64,000 nt of DNA from the NCBI GenBank assembly GCA_012295275.1, contig CM022670.1, positions 35,898,001 through 35,962,000 of the forward strand, given 5' to 3'. Positions 1 to 13,612 of the stretch are shown one piece after another. The notes under the pieces were generated by a model that searched no databases, was not told the origin of the DNA, and was given only the letters and a program-made list of their open reading frames with translations. The DNA is from Chrysomallon squamiferum. Taxonomy: Eukaryota > Animalia > Mollusca. The translations under genes and the position numbers were made by a program. The first letter of the stretch is position 1. Every line of letters starts with the position of its first letter.

Positions 1-180
1 ATTAAAACCTGAAAAGAGTATGCCTTTTCTATTTCGGTGAACTAGTATGTTAATTGTTAAATTAGCATTAAACTCATCCTGAACGTTTTCTGAAATTATA
101 TTCACAAGGATTATACTAACAACATGGGAGATCACATTTGACTGTTAAATATTTAATGGAAACTGTTATTAAAAGACTGA

Positions 181-2252
181 TCATCTTTTTAACACAGTTT
201 TGTTAGTTTTAGGACACAAAGCGTTGGTTGGCTGTTTTACTTTTCCCATTTCCCGAGAATCACTTTGCCAGCCGGGTATCCATTCTTTTTTATCTCTGGT
301 ATCAGACAACACTGAAGGGAAATTCATCTGATTGTTTTTATTCGTTTTCACGCCAGCAGATTTAGGTCCGCCAAAAGCTGCTCGAAATCCACCTCTCGAA
401 ATCGAATCTCGACTGTGACCAGGACTTGACTGTCTAGCACGACTGTTTATATTTAGTGTGATTTGGTCGTAGCTGCGTCTGGCATTTGTAACAATTGTTC
501 TTGGATTGTGAGGCGTCCTTGCAGTGTTTGGCACGACCATCTGGTGGATGTTGAGCTGACTGTTGGATCTCTGCTGTATGTGAGAGTACTGGCGCTGTGT
601 TGGTTGTGGAGACTCGGGAACTGCATTCATCAACAAATTCTTAATATCCCTGACATCATCGGACATTTCTTTGTTTTGTTCTCTCATTGTTTTCATTTCC
701 TCGTAGTTCTGATTCATGACCTCTCTCATTCGTTCGACTTCTTGTCGCATTGCTTTTGTTGCTTTGTCCAGTTCCTCTTTGAACTTCTTTTGCATACTCT
801 TTTGAAAACCTTCTATTTCCATAATTTTCAAGTTTTGGTCATCAATGATACGTTTAGCTCTTTTTAGTTCGTCTTCCATTACGACTATTGTGTGTTTAAG
901 GACTTTTATCTGCTGTTTGAGATGGGTTATTTCTGCATTTTGCTCTTTATATAATGAGTCTGATTCCAAGTGCTTCTTTTCTTCTCGTAATTTTCTAACC
1001 TCTTTTCGAAGATTGTTAGCATACTCTTCTGACTGATTCACCAACAACCTCAGTTCTTCCAGTTCCTTTATTTTTTCTTGAATTATATTATCTTTTTCGT
1101 TTCCAGCTTCAACGAGAATAGATATTCGTTCATCACGATTTACCATAGAATCCTTCAGTTCCTCTATTTCATGTTCCTTCATTTCAATTTCCCGTTCTTT
1201 TTCTTCCTTTATTCTCTCTTTTTCAGACATGTGGTGTTTATCTTCAATGTCCAAACGTAAACGCAGAGCATCAATTTGAGCTTCTAAACTTTTGTTCATG
1301 GAGATGACACTCTGGACCATGTTGTAAGTCTCTCCAGAAAAACCACTTTTTGACTCGTCTGAATGCGTGGAGTCTGACGAAGGTGTGGAGTCTGACGAAT
1401 CCAAAGTCACATGTTTATTTGGTTCTTGAACTCCATCGTTTCGAGGGTTAATGCCCGTCCCTTCTATTGTGAGAGTGTTGGACTGAAGTGAAAAGATAAA
1501 ATGAAAATGATTAGGTTTTTATTCTTTCATGTGTGTGTGTGTGTGTGTATGTCTGTATGTGCACGTGTTTGTATACAAACATACATACATGCATATATAT
1601 GTGTATGTGTTTGTTAATTAAAACATGAATTCTTCTTATAATTATAAATTATAATTAACGTTTTCGCTCATAAACATGCACAGTGCATCTACATACATTC
1701 ACAACTAACTACAGACGTGCAAAATACTAACACACATACATGCTCACACACACACTCGCACGTACACATACACACGTACATACAAACGTAGGCATTGCAG
1801 ACTAAAACGAATATAGTGTGTGTGTGTGTGTGTGTGTGTTTGTGATAATGATCTGATGTTGCTGTTGTTATTAGTGAATTTTTCGATTTCTGTGTAGATG
1901 TATTTAATTACTATCTACATAATTTACATTAATACTGGTTTTCATTAATGCTGCAAATACATTATTGCCTACAGTGACACACTTGTTAACTTTATTATTA
2001 CATACAACCGATTGCTAATACATAACGCGATCGTATCACTAACGTTTCATCTGTCAAATTACTATTTTCTGAACGCGGATTTAGAGACAGCATAAAGCAC
2101 AAAGCAACAACTACCATGTTTTTCTTTTGTGATAACATTCAGAGCTATATTCACCACAATGGTGGACCCCCTTTATTTTAGCAAATTCTGGTTCCACCCC
2201 TGAATTATATAACAAAAGGTCTCACCTTCATCATTGATCTGGCATGATACAT
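181..2252 (-). CDS. Uncharacterised coiled-coil protein, paralog A (~442 aa). Coding exons 2252-2226 (MYHARSMMK) and 1482-181
   Basis: 409-aa E/K/Q-rich heptad ORF. The frame stays open upstream to a TTCAG acceptor (exon start 1482, phase 0). A 27-nt ATG exon ends in AAG|GTGAG at 2226/2225, also phase 0. The C-terminal third is a low-complexity S/R/Q tail. Confidence 0.8.
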
Positions 2253-2626
2253 TGCATCTGATAAAAGCGCTTCAGTATCCGAAAATAAGAAAAAAAAACA
2301 ATCATTTCTTTCATCAGTATAGATATTGATAGAAATAGTATATAGATGATAGATATATTTACAATTTTATTGCAATTTTAAAAATGATAATAATAATGAT
2401 AAAAATAAATGTGAAAAGAAAAGAAAATTTAACTGTCATTTGATGTCACTGTTTGTGTGTGCGTGTGTAGCTTATTAGAAATCTAATACATAAGTTAAAC
2501 TTTAAAACTTGTCTGTTTATGTAGGTAGTAATCAAATAAAACTGTAGTGGAAATCGTGAATCGAAATTTCCGAAAAATAACAACAGTTATACAAGCTTAC
2601 ATGCATAGACATACGCTTATGTACAT

Positions 2627-2628
<2 letters not shown>

Positions 2629-2704
<76 letters not shown>
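2629..2704. repeat. (CA)n microsatellite
   Basis: Direct. Similar tracts at ~33490-33564 and elsewhere. Confidence 0.98.
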
Positions 2705-2706
<2 letters not shown>

Positions 2707-3720
2707 CATATGCATACATACAAATATAATCATATCAAACTTATTTTATTGGATCTGATATAAACATTATTAGGAATAGATTATCAGAAATACCTATCGA
2801 TGTTTCGTTCTTCAAACGTAATTTATTGTAGAGGCTATTTAAATTATTTCTTTTCATTACATGGCAGCCAAAACAATAAAAAAATAAATAAATAAATAAA
2901 AAAATAAATAAAAAAAAAAAAAAAAAGTAAATAAATAAACAAAAAAGGAAAAAGAGTTTCCAGTTATTGTTAGTTACAAACTCCTTTGACATTTTGCCAT
3001 AAAACACTGCTTTATTCACTGCCTTACGTATATTTATTTAAACACTGTAGACAAGTTGCTGTGTTTGAAAATCCAAAATAAATTATGGCTACCTATATCA
3101 CATTACGTATTCCTTCCTTAATATTTTTACCTTCCTAGGAAACAAATCAGAGTGCTGACAGTATCTTAAAAGTATACGCTTCAGGCTAGTTATTCGTAAA
3201 AACTGTTCCTACCTTAATATTTCAGTCCATTGAAAACGAATCGAAGTCCCATATCCCTCTCTGAACCTGTACTGTACACGTACGTACACACAACTGATAT
3301 TATACTCGTGAAAATGATGAACTCAAAAAACATATTAATGTTTCTTTTAAAAACGCATGCCCACTTGTCGTATTAAAACGGCAACACGCTATGCAGTCGA
3401 ATGGTGTGTTAAGACGATCAACAAATTCTGTTGTTGGATTAGAGTCTAGCTGGACATTTGCCAATACGTAACCGTATAATAACACACTGAGCAACGAACC
3501 TGTAGAAAATCCCTGCTCGCTTGGCATTCACTCATGGTCGCTGTATAGAAAGTTTCGCTACTTCGTGATAAATTACTGCCTTCACATACTATCGGTTTTG
3601 CCGATACAATGGTATCAGCAAAGTTCCAGAAGTGAAGCGACAGAAAAACACAGTGGATAAATAAAGTGTTGAAGATTTGAGTTTATATTTCTGTTCGTTT
3701 GACGATATTTGAAATTTTAA

Positions 3721-3751
<31 letters not shown>

Positions 3752-6700
3752 AACCAATTTCAGTCAAAATTTAAAAAAAAAAACACACCCAGAAAACCGA
3801 ATCAACAATAAACAAACAGTAGAGGTTCAAATAATTATTTGAGAATTATATATGGCAAATATTCACGAGATGTTGGTTTATATGAATGTATGCATGTTAC
3901 TAACTTAGTAAATATTTAAAATACATTTATAGGTATCTTATGAATAATATAAACCTACATACATTTATATATAAACCAAAACACTGTCATACTTATTTGC
4001 CGATGTATCTATATATATGAAAACACACACACACACACACACATATATTTGTACATACCTATCTATCCATCTATCTAAATAAATATCTACCTATCTGTAT
4101 TTATGTCTAATTACCAATCTGGCTACCTATTTATCTATCTATCTGTCTGTCAACCAATATACTTACTTACATACAGATACATAACTGAATAAATAAAAGA
4201 TATACTCACATATATATTTTTTTTTTTATCTGATCACCATATTCTTTTACATTCAGCTAGTGGTGTCTCTATGTAAAAAGGAGACTCGCAAAGTGTTATC
4301 TGAAGTTAATCCTGTATCTGTAACAGTGACTCTAGAACTTTGATACGTTACGCTATGCGGTCTGTTAATCAGATTTTAGCCACGCGTTGGTTACTCATTG
4401 TTAACCCCAAAACAACATAAAAATCCCCTTTTATTTTTTACGTTATGGCGACATAACAATAACAAAATACCTCTACAATAGTTGTCTTTTTTAAATTATT
4501 ATTCCTTTTTTGATATTGTTATTGTTGTTGCTGTTATTATTAGTAGTATTATTAGTAGTAGTATTAGTATCAGTATTAGTATTAAACTAATAGATTATAC
4601 TTACTAAAGTGAAATATAATAAACTTGCTTCGACATGTCAGTCACTGGGTTAATACTAAACATTTAAATGAAGACGATTTATGCTGCAGAAGAAATGACA
4701 AAGGGTATAGCATACACGATTTAGTTCCTGCTCATATTTATTTGTGAACAAGAATGCGTAGCAAGCAAGGCATAATAAACGCAGGTCCCGAAAAAACGCT
4801 TATGTAATAACTTTACAATTGATTTGTAATCTATGCAGTCGAAGGGTCACAGAACTAGTCAATAAATTGTAAGCTGATATTTAGTCTCCTCAATATATAC
4901 ATGTATACATGAAGATTTTAATTATTTTTTTTTTTTTTTTTTTACATTTGCGTTTGTTTTGTTAATTTATGTTATTCTCATTTTTCTTGTTCTTGTTATC
5001 ATCTTCATTCATTGTTGTTGTGAGTCTGTCTTCTTCTTCTTAATAGTATTATTATTATTAATAGTTTACTCTTTTCCATCATAACTGCAAAAACCTTCGG
5101 AACAATTTAACACCAACAATATAAAATGTGTGAGATGTTCCTGTTAAATATTCATTAGACTATTGGGGCTAATCTATTTACTAAAAATGTTTGGGGTTTG
5201 GGGTTTTTTTTTTTTTTTTTTTTTTGCCTTTTTGGGAATCCATATTCTTTCATATCTGCGCTTCTTCCTTAAATGTTTGCAGGAGATACGAGAAAATCGA
5301 GAAACTATTTATAAAGGTGGAAATATTCAAGAAAGTCTTATCAGCAACGTATCTAAGTTATTTGGTATAATGGTTTCTTTGCTGGCAGCAATAATATCCC
5401 TGATAATCTCCCTCGATATGCCACTACAGCTCAGTCAATTATATTTTAAAAAAATTGTTTAAAAACTGAAATAAAATCTTATTGTTTTGCTACATTTTGT
5501 TTCAGATTTTTAAAAGGTTCATTAGAATTTGTGATGTGCTTTTAAATATTTACGGTTATTATGATTTTAAACAAAAAAATGTAATAATAAATGAAACAAG
5601 ATCCGTGTGCTATTCTTATGTGTTAGTAATATGCAGTCTTTCATATGTTCTTTCCCACTGAAAGGGGAAATAAATCATATATTTCACTAGATCACTTAGC
5701 TGAAGTAGGAAACAACCGAAACAGATAATAAGAAAAGTAATTGAAAATAATAAATTTCTATAAGTCATATAATTAACAATTCTAATTCATTCCGTATTTT
5801 TGTTTTGATATTTCGAGCTTATAATATCGTATATATTAAACACGATTTACCTGTACGTTGTTTCGCCGACCTGAATACGTAATCTGACAGAGTAATACCC
5901 CACATGTGATTATATCAAGTTATCTGTGCAGTGTGTGTTTTCACATGAAATAAGCCTTCGACTGACAGTTCGATTAATGCTGTTAGAGCGATAAAACCAC
6001 AACCACCGAGATACGCACAAGTGTGAGATTAGTGAAATCAATCAAACAGAGGATTTAAACATGTACATACTATTCTTATAAAGATATCTCGTTTAACTGT
6101 GTTAATATGATTTATAAGATTTACGTTACGTCTTCCAGACATACGGTTAAGTTAGGCTGTGTAGCATATGAGATGTTTGTTTAAAATTTCTAACATCAGG
6201 AACAGAATTTGTTTTTTAATGGAATCTTATAAAGTCAAGCATTATTTTGTTTGTTTTCCCGGTCTTGTATTTCGTTTACAGTTTTATTATGTACGATATT
6301 ATTGTGTTTGTTTATTTGTGGTTTTTGTGGGAGATTTCGTGATTTTTTTTTTTTTTTTCTTTGTTTTGTTTTGGAAGAGTTTTTAACGTATATGTATGTA
6401 TGTATATACTTTTTGTTTTGCAATTAGTAACATTACTTTAGACGATTTATTTATTTATTTACTTATTTATTTTTAATCACACTTTTGATTTATAACTAAA
6501 GATTAACATTTGGATCGAATTTAAATTAACAAAAATATTATTTTCATAAAATAAATATTGTAAAACACGAAGAAAGAGCAAAACGTGAATAAACAAATAT
6601 ATAAATATTATTATGTACAAATTAATACATTATTCACAAAATATTTGAAAGTTCTTGTTTACTTCTGTATCTTTCTTTTCTTTCTTTTTTCATTTTCTCC

Positions 6701-6761
6701 CACATCCATTTTCCTTCACTGTATTTTTTTTTTTGTTTTTGTTTGTTTGTTTTTTAAATGT

Positions 6762-7944
6762 CTAGTGAAACTTCTTATTCACTTGCTGTCCGCGCTTAGT
6801 GTCTTTCTTTAGTAAGAAGGTCGATTTTGAAACAGTCGGTTTCGGAAATGACGTACCTTTTGGAAGAACCGATCTGGCGACGTTGGACTGACTGGCAACT
6901 ACAAGTTCACGGATTTCTTTGATGTCACTGCGCATGGTTTCATTCTGTTCTCGCAGGGCTTTCATCCCCACCCACTGAATTCTCATGACGTCACGTAGCT
7001 TTTCAATCTCAAGTCTTACTGTACTGGTGAGCCTTTTCAGATCATCTTTAAATTTTAACTCCAGATTTACTTTATTGTTTTCGAACAATCTCAGCCTAAC
7101 TCCTTGTTGGGCAATAAGTTCCTTGGTTTTAGCTAGTTGGTTGTCAAGTTTGACTAGGTTCTGCTTCAGGCTTTCAACTTCAATCTGAAGACTCCGTATC
7201 GCTTCATCTTTTTCTTTGTAAGCAGAACCCGTTTTAAGTTTTCCCCTGTCAGACTGTAAAAGCGACACACCCGTTTGAAGCTGATCAGTGTACGCTGAAG
7301 CTATCTGAACGTCTTTCCTTAATTCTTCGATCTGTTGCTGTAGAACTTTAATTTCACCAGTTTTTGTTTCGTTTTCGCCTTCCAAGTCGTCGAGAATTTG
7401 TTCTTTTCCCTCCAACTTCGTCTGCAAGTCAGATATGTGGTGAAGTTTCGCACATAGTTTATCGTTGCTTTCTGAAACCAAGGCTTGACATTGCTGGTCA
7501 TGGTGTTTGTGATCAACTTCCAGACGTAGACGAAGAGCCTCGATTTGTTGTTTCAGCCGTTTGTTGATAGCCATTACCTGACTTGTGATGTCGTCACTTC
7601 CGTTAAATTCTGCTTCGGACGGCATGGTTCCTAGACAAGATAAACTGAAAAGACTCTCGTCGTTTGTTGCTAATTCTGAACCGAAGTCTGGCCCTGATTT
7701 ATTTAATATTTCATCAGGCTGAAATTATAAAATTATTCTATAACTATTTTTGATTCAGTTGGTTACAATAAAAAGAGGACCTGACACAAATGTTTAATAT
7801 GCGACCGTTTAACTAATATACTAAAATATAAGTAATAAAAACAATTTTGATACACAGGGACAATTAACATTCATAACTAGTTACAGAAATGCAGCAAACT
7901 TTTTTCTTGTTCAAAGTACAAACCCCCAACCCAAGAAGAGAAGA

Positions 7945-8031
<87 letters not shown>

Positions 8032-8095
8032 CTTGCAATAATAAATATATTTTTAAAATAAAAACTTTTACTTCAGCATCACATTTTTCATCCAT
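6762..8095 (-). CDS. Uncharacterised coiled-coil protein, paralog B (~326 aa). Coding exons 8095-8072 (MDEKCDAE, tentative) and 7718-6762
   Basis: 287-aa ORF, open upstream to a TTCAG acceptor at 7718 (phase 0). Clear similarity to paralog A: VMAINKRLKQQIEALRLRLEVDHKHH vs VISMNKSLEAQIDALRLRLDIEDKHH, and VRLEIEKLRDVM..MKALREQNETMRSDIKEIRELV vs MRQEVERMREVM..MKTMREQNKEMSDDVRDIKNLL. Confidence 0.8.
7947..8028. repeat. (GA)n microsatellite
   Basis: Direct. Similar tracts at ~44235-44326 and (CT)n at ~46086-46155. Confidence 0.98.
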
Positions 8096-8619
8096 GATTT
8101 ATTTCGACTTGAAAATCTCACATTGCTGTTAGACACTTTCAGACACTGTAAATAAATGATAAATTGTATTAACACAAAACTGTAACATACAATTATATTA
8201 AAATATATTATTAAATTACAAAAAAGTAGGCAGTAGTTTTGTAGTTCAGCGCATGGTATTCAAATGACTCCTAAATGTATAATTATATCAGCAAGATAAC
8301 AATGGAGGCAAGAAAGAATGTTTTATTAAAACGATGCACTGATCATATATTTTAATACACGGTACCTAAGGAAAGGACCTCACAATGTTCAGTGTCATGT
8401 CGTATAAGGCAAAGCTCTCAATTTGTATGAAGGTTCCTAGAGAGAGAGAGAAAAAAAAAATAATAAATAGAAATAGAAGAAAATAAATAAATAAATAAAT
8501 GGGAAAATATTTTCTCTGCACTTATATCTATACTTGACTATGGTTGTCACCGATATATTTTTATATTTCCTACTAGATTTTTTGTTTGTTTGTTTTTGTT
8601 TTGTTAGTCTAGGACTGTC

Positions 8620-8770
8620 ATTCTCGACGGGGCCTTGGATCAGTTCGACGTGGGTAACACAATGCAAAATTTGAAAAGGGGATATTATACCTGTTCTTGA
8701 ACCCTTATTTGACATGAGGTCCTGAAACCTGAGAAGAGCTCGTAAAAGGGCCATGGCCCAAATACGTTGA
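8620..8770. repeat. Dispersed repeat fragment with a second copy at ~34975-35100
   Basis: CCTGAAACCTGAGAAGAGCTCGTAAAAG (~8721) vs CCTGGAACCTGAGAAGAGCAAGTAAAAG (~35060), with weaker similarity upstream. Confidence 0.6.
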
Positions 8771-9925
8771 AAATGATATGCGGTCGGAACAGAAGAATAT
8801 TTTGTATGTCTATACAACATTACACTTACAGTGTTACCTATTATATATTTATTCATAAAATTTCATCAGCATTGATCGATTTAGGTACTTCCTGTATAAT
8901 TCTTACCAGGAAGAAAATTCAATGAAAATTTGATTAAAATAAAAGAAAAGAGATTATTTAAATAATATTAATAATATAAAGATCGTTTTAAAATATTATA
9001 TTTTCTATGCTCGTATTTATAGGTTTAGATATTTTAATCATATGAAGCATAACATATGTGTTAAAACAAAAAAATTAACTTACACAAAAACAAATGGAGC
9101 ATTATTCCGTTACTGTGTATAACTTACGATTAAACTTCTCTCTGAAGGTATTTCAGGTAACTTACAAAACATTCGAGGTTCATATTATATTTAGTTAATC
9201 TTGACTTAAGCGGTCACGTGATCCTACGCATTATTAACGTGTACTGAATAGGCTGTATCGTAATCGATAAACGTGTCAGATTTTCTTGTGAAAACTCCGG
9301 AAATATTTAATGGGTAAACAAATCGGCAGAATTATTTATATGGCACATAAATTATTTTTTAACTCTAAATATTTTTATTATTCATTTAACTCTACTCAGC
9401 ATTTAACGGAGATGTTTTGTTTGTTGTTGTTAATGTCGTTTTAAGAAAACGATATGGAAAACAACAAATCATTATTTTTTAATAATAATAATAATTTTAA
9501 AATAATAACAGTAAATAAAATAAAATAAAATAACAAAAAGCTTCAACCACAGTACAGATTTTAAAAAGAGTATATATAGATTTTTTTTTTTTTTTTTTTT
9601 TTTATTATTTTTTTTATTACTATTATTTTTATTTTTATTGAATAAATGTTTAAATATTTCTTCGACCAATGTTGCTATCATTGACATGGAACAGTTGCTT
9701 TGGTCCAAGTTCCATGGGAAATAATAATAGTAGCAGTAATCTGTGGATAATCAGTATAATAACTTAGTCTGAGCTGGAAATCTAGAGTTACATCACTAGC
9801 TTGAGATATGATGCACAATCATTTTTAGGCTATTCTCTGAGTTATTTCCCTTGCATATAACTAATTATTACTGGTTGTGTTAATTGCTTTCCTAAGTATA
9901 TAACATAAATAATTAAATAATTTTA

Positions 9926-9926
<1 letters not shown>

Positions 9927-9973
<47 letters not shown>

Positions 9974-9977
9974 TTTA

Positions 9978-10031
<54 letters not shown>
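9927..10031. repeat. (AAT)n microsatellite, interrupted
   Basis: Direct. Many similar AAT/ATT tracts, e.g. ~41892-41958 and ~49710-49806. Confidence 0.97.
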
Positions 10032-10515
10032 TAAAATAATAAAATAATAATGGAAAACTACTGCAGGTATTTTCTGAAGACCAAGAAAAAATAATAATAA
10101 ATAAATTTACAAATTATTTGCAGGAAATATGAATATATATGAAATGTTTCACAGATTCTAATAAGGAATGTATTAAATATGCAATTAGGAATTTATTAAC
10201 ATACAAAATAACTGATTGGAAAGAGCACAACATGTTACATTTATACTCCCTGACAAAAAATTATCTTTTGTTTCTTTTAATAATATTAATTTTATTAATA
10301 AAATAAAGGAGAACAGAAATAGAAATATCTGAATTTAAATGAAAAAACATAAAAATGTTAATCTATTTACATCATTTATTTTACCTAAAGAGGTATTCTA
10401 CTAAGTTTATAAAAATCTTTATATTAAAATAATTCAGAAAGTGTGGCCTTATGCACAACAATAGTAGGTCATACATATAATAAAACAACCTTACATCATT
10501 TATTAACTAAAGATA

Positions 10516-12299
10516 TTATTCTAGTGCTCCAGTATATTCACAAGCATAGTCATAATTATCAAGTCTAACAATGTTTTCATCATTATAGCCAGAACTAAAC
10601 AGTCTAACAACAAGCTCAGTTTTTCACTTTGTTTCGACTGATGATTTCTCCAATTCGTCCTTTGTCTGAAGTAGCAGTTAACATTACAACAGCTTTGTGG
10701 TCACCAGAATCTCTTGGTATGACAGTTTCCATGCAGTCTTGAGACAAATTTTCCAGAATCTGTCCATCATCCGTCTTACATACACAACAGTCTTTGCTGA
10801 GAACATCAACAACAACTACTTTTGATCTGAAATACTTGCCACTTTTAAAATTTCTGTCTATAATCCTGACTTTCATATTTGGACACACCCAAATCTCATT
10901 TCTGAAGTCTCTTGTCTGTAGTTTTTGTGCTGCCATCCTCTTTGTTTGTTGATGGTCTGTGATGGTCACTGCTTCCACCGTCAGTCTTCCTGCTCTTCGT
11001 GCCTATATCACTGTCTGAAATGGCTTCATCTGATGTCTTGTAATCTTTCCCATGTTTTCTCTTTCTTTCTAAATCAGAGTCATCTGATGTTTTATAGTCT
11101 TTTCCGTGTCTTCTTTTCCTTTCTGAATCTGATTCAGCCTTGTGTCTCGAATGTTTAGATTTATTACCACCATCATCATAGTCATGATAGTGGTGATGTT
11201 TTGACTTTTTGGAATGTTTTGACTTGTGCCTGTCATGTTTTGAACCATGACTATGTGAATTCCTTTCCTCATGATTTGAATTTCCTTTTCCTCGATGAGT
11301 GTCCTCATTCGAATTTTCTTTCACACATTCTCTTTCATCACAATATTTACTTTTGTGACCTGACACATTATTTTCATTTTCTTTTTTATATTTGTCAACC
11401 TTTGACTTATTTAAATATTTTGAATACTTTTCATATTCCTTTTGTCCAACTAGTTGTATTCCATACTGAGACAGTGTTGCAGTCTGCCCACTTAAAGTAA
11501 GCTTAACAACCACTCTGGCATTATCTTCATCAATTCCTACAATTGTACCATATAAATCTTTCTGAGGTCCTTTGGTTAAAACACAAAATGCACCCTTCTT
11601 GTATGTTAAAGATTCTTCACCATTATTGTCTTGACCATTAACTTCATTTTGAGCATGTTGTCTTTTGTCAGCTCCTAATCCTAAACCTTTAGGTCTTAGA
11701 ACTGCATGAACTGGATCAACAATATTTTTGTCTTTCCCAAGTCCTTCTCCATCTTTCCAACCCATTCCCCTTAACATTGCAAAACCAAACTGTTCTATTG
11801 GTATTGATTCATAGTTTACTTCCTCGGGTTCATCTGGTCGTAACGATACATTTAATTTGTCATCCGTTTCGAAGCCATCTGGCACTTTATTCTTCATTAA
11901 CAGAGGAACACTCAAATTTGGATCAGGCTTATCACGATCTTCCCACTCCTGATTTTGATGTGCTGTGGTTTCTAAGATTTCTCTAACAGCTTTACTCTCT
12001 AGATCATCATCACCTTTTTTCCCATTTAAGTCATATCTCCATCTGTTTTCTTTTATCAATGGGATAATAAAATGTTTTTTACCTTCCTGTTTTGGGATTG
12101 TACTTTTTATTTTCTTACCCTCCAAAGACGTCACAAAATCTGTTTGTTCCGTATCGCCATTCAGAATGTTACTGGTTTCGTCTACTGCAGATTTTTCAAG
12201 TTTCTTTGTTTCAACTTTCTTCGTAAAACCAAACGAAACAGCATTTCTCTTTGGTTTTTCCATCACTGTCTGATTCTTTTCAAAATTCAAATATCGCAC
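10516..12299 (-). CDS. GPKOW: G-patch domain and KOW motifs-containing protein (Spp2/MOS2 homologue), intronless, with two +1 frame disruptions (between ~10978 and 10896, and at ~10620). About 593 aa if repaired
   Basis: N-terminal VSFGF and IIPLIKENRW motifs; G-patch (YESIPIEQFGFAMLRGMGWKDGEGLGK..RPKGLGLGA); first KOW (GPQKDLYGTIVGIDEDNARVVVKL). The C-terminal KOW/KIN17-like region lies in ORF 10616..10978 (WVCPNMKVRIID..METVIP) and continues in a third frame (ELVVRLF..YDYACEYTGALE, TAA at 10518-10516). Confidence 0.92.
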
Positions 12300-13612
12300 C
12301 TATTCATTCACAAAGCAAAATAAATACGAAGCACAAACGAAATCCGGAAAGAGAATAAAGTATAGACTGGTTCCGGTCCTTTTTTCGCTCTCTATCTTTT
12401 ATTTTTTTTATTTTTTGTACATACCATGAATACCGGTCATGATTGATACATCATCTGTTGTTTCTGAAAACAACCGATTAAGGTGTAATAGCACATTTTA
12501 TGAACATTTGAAAAGCTTCAGTATGTGCTGCACATCAGATATTATGAATCATGGCAGAATTCTGATTTTCCCGTTATGTAATGCATTAAATATTACTGTC
12601 ATTACTACTACTACTATTGTTCTTGTTCTTCTTCTTCTTCTTCTTCTTATTATTATTATTATACAGTACTGTACCAAATATATATAAACAACCGAAACAA
12701 TAAAAGACAAAAACAATAATAATAATTTAAAATTTTTAAAAATTAAATAAAATGAATAAACAACACTGAGTGAATGCTGTTCCAACAGAATTTAACTTAC
12801 TATAATCATTGATATATATTTTTAAAACTAATCTCTTACCAATTTTAGTTATATTATATTGTATTATTTGTACAGTCATATCAGCTACCATGCAGATGTG
12901 TTTATATGATGCTATAAATTTTGCTTAAACATTCTAATAATAAAAAAAATTATTCCTCTGTCCGTTTTTTTGTGAAGTGTCTTGCCATTAAAAATTCTCA
13001 GTAATTCATATAACTAATATAGCATACATACTTTATCACAGATGATTTGAAATGTAGCAGATACACAAATATTTCTATACAGAACCACCCAATCCAATTC
13101 TAAGTTGTAATTAATATTATATACATATGCGAAGTGTTATATAACCTGTGTATATTTAAATAAAATAAAATAAAATAATAAATAAATAAATAATAAATGA
13201 TAAGAGCAAAAAATGTAATTGCATTTAAGGACCACGTCATTATCAACTCGAAATAATATCAACTGTTACTCGATTAAGCGATTCTGTAACTCATTAATTT
13301 TAGTGAGATTCCTTGTGTGTAAAATTATTGAAAAGTTCAAAAATAAATAAATAATAAATAATACATGTTAAAAAGTGTCATGTTACAGATTATCATGTTA
13401 ATGTGAAATTATAATTAGTTTAATGGTATTTATGATATCATCATATTACTTGGGCTCTTCACTTAAATTTTGATATATATAACAATAATTGATGGAACTT
13501 AACCCGTTTAAAGCGCAGCGCCACCTGCAATTTCTGTGGCTGGCCTACAGAATATTTTTGACGCGCCGTTCGTCACGTGATTTTACAAACATAACAGGCA
13601 AGATGGCGGATT
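12300..13612. promoter_or_regulatory. Divergent GPKOW/RANBP3 intergenic region with two promoter-like cores
   Basis: ETS-like CCGGAA/TTCCGG at ~12344 and ~12370. Near RANBP3: CTCF-core-like AGCGCCACCTGC at ~13517, E-box GTCACGTGA at ~13572, and YY1 motif CAAGATGGCGG overlapping the ATG at 13603. Confidence 0.6.

Noticed and set aside
463-1260. Plus-strand ORFs opposite the coiled-coil gene (likewise 6985-7567 and 10925-12323)
   Set aside because: Antisense shadows of real CDS with no independent features.
10616-10898. Selenocysteine or readthrough at the GPKOW TGA codons
   Set aside because: Homology continues in the +1 frame, not in the same frame.
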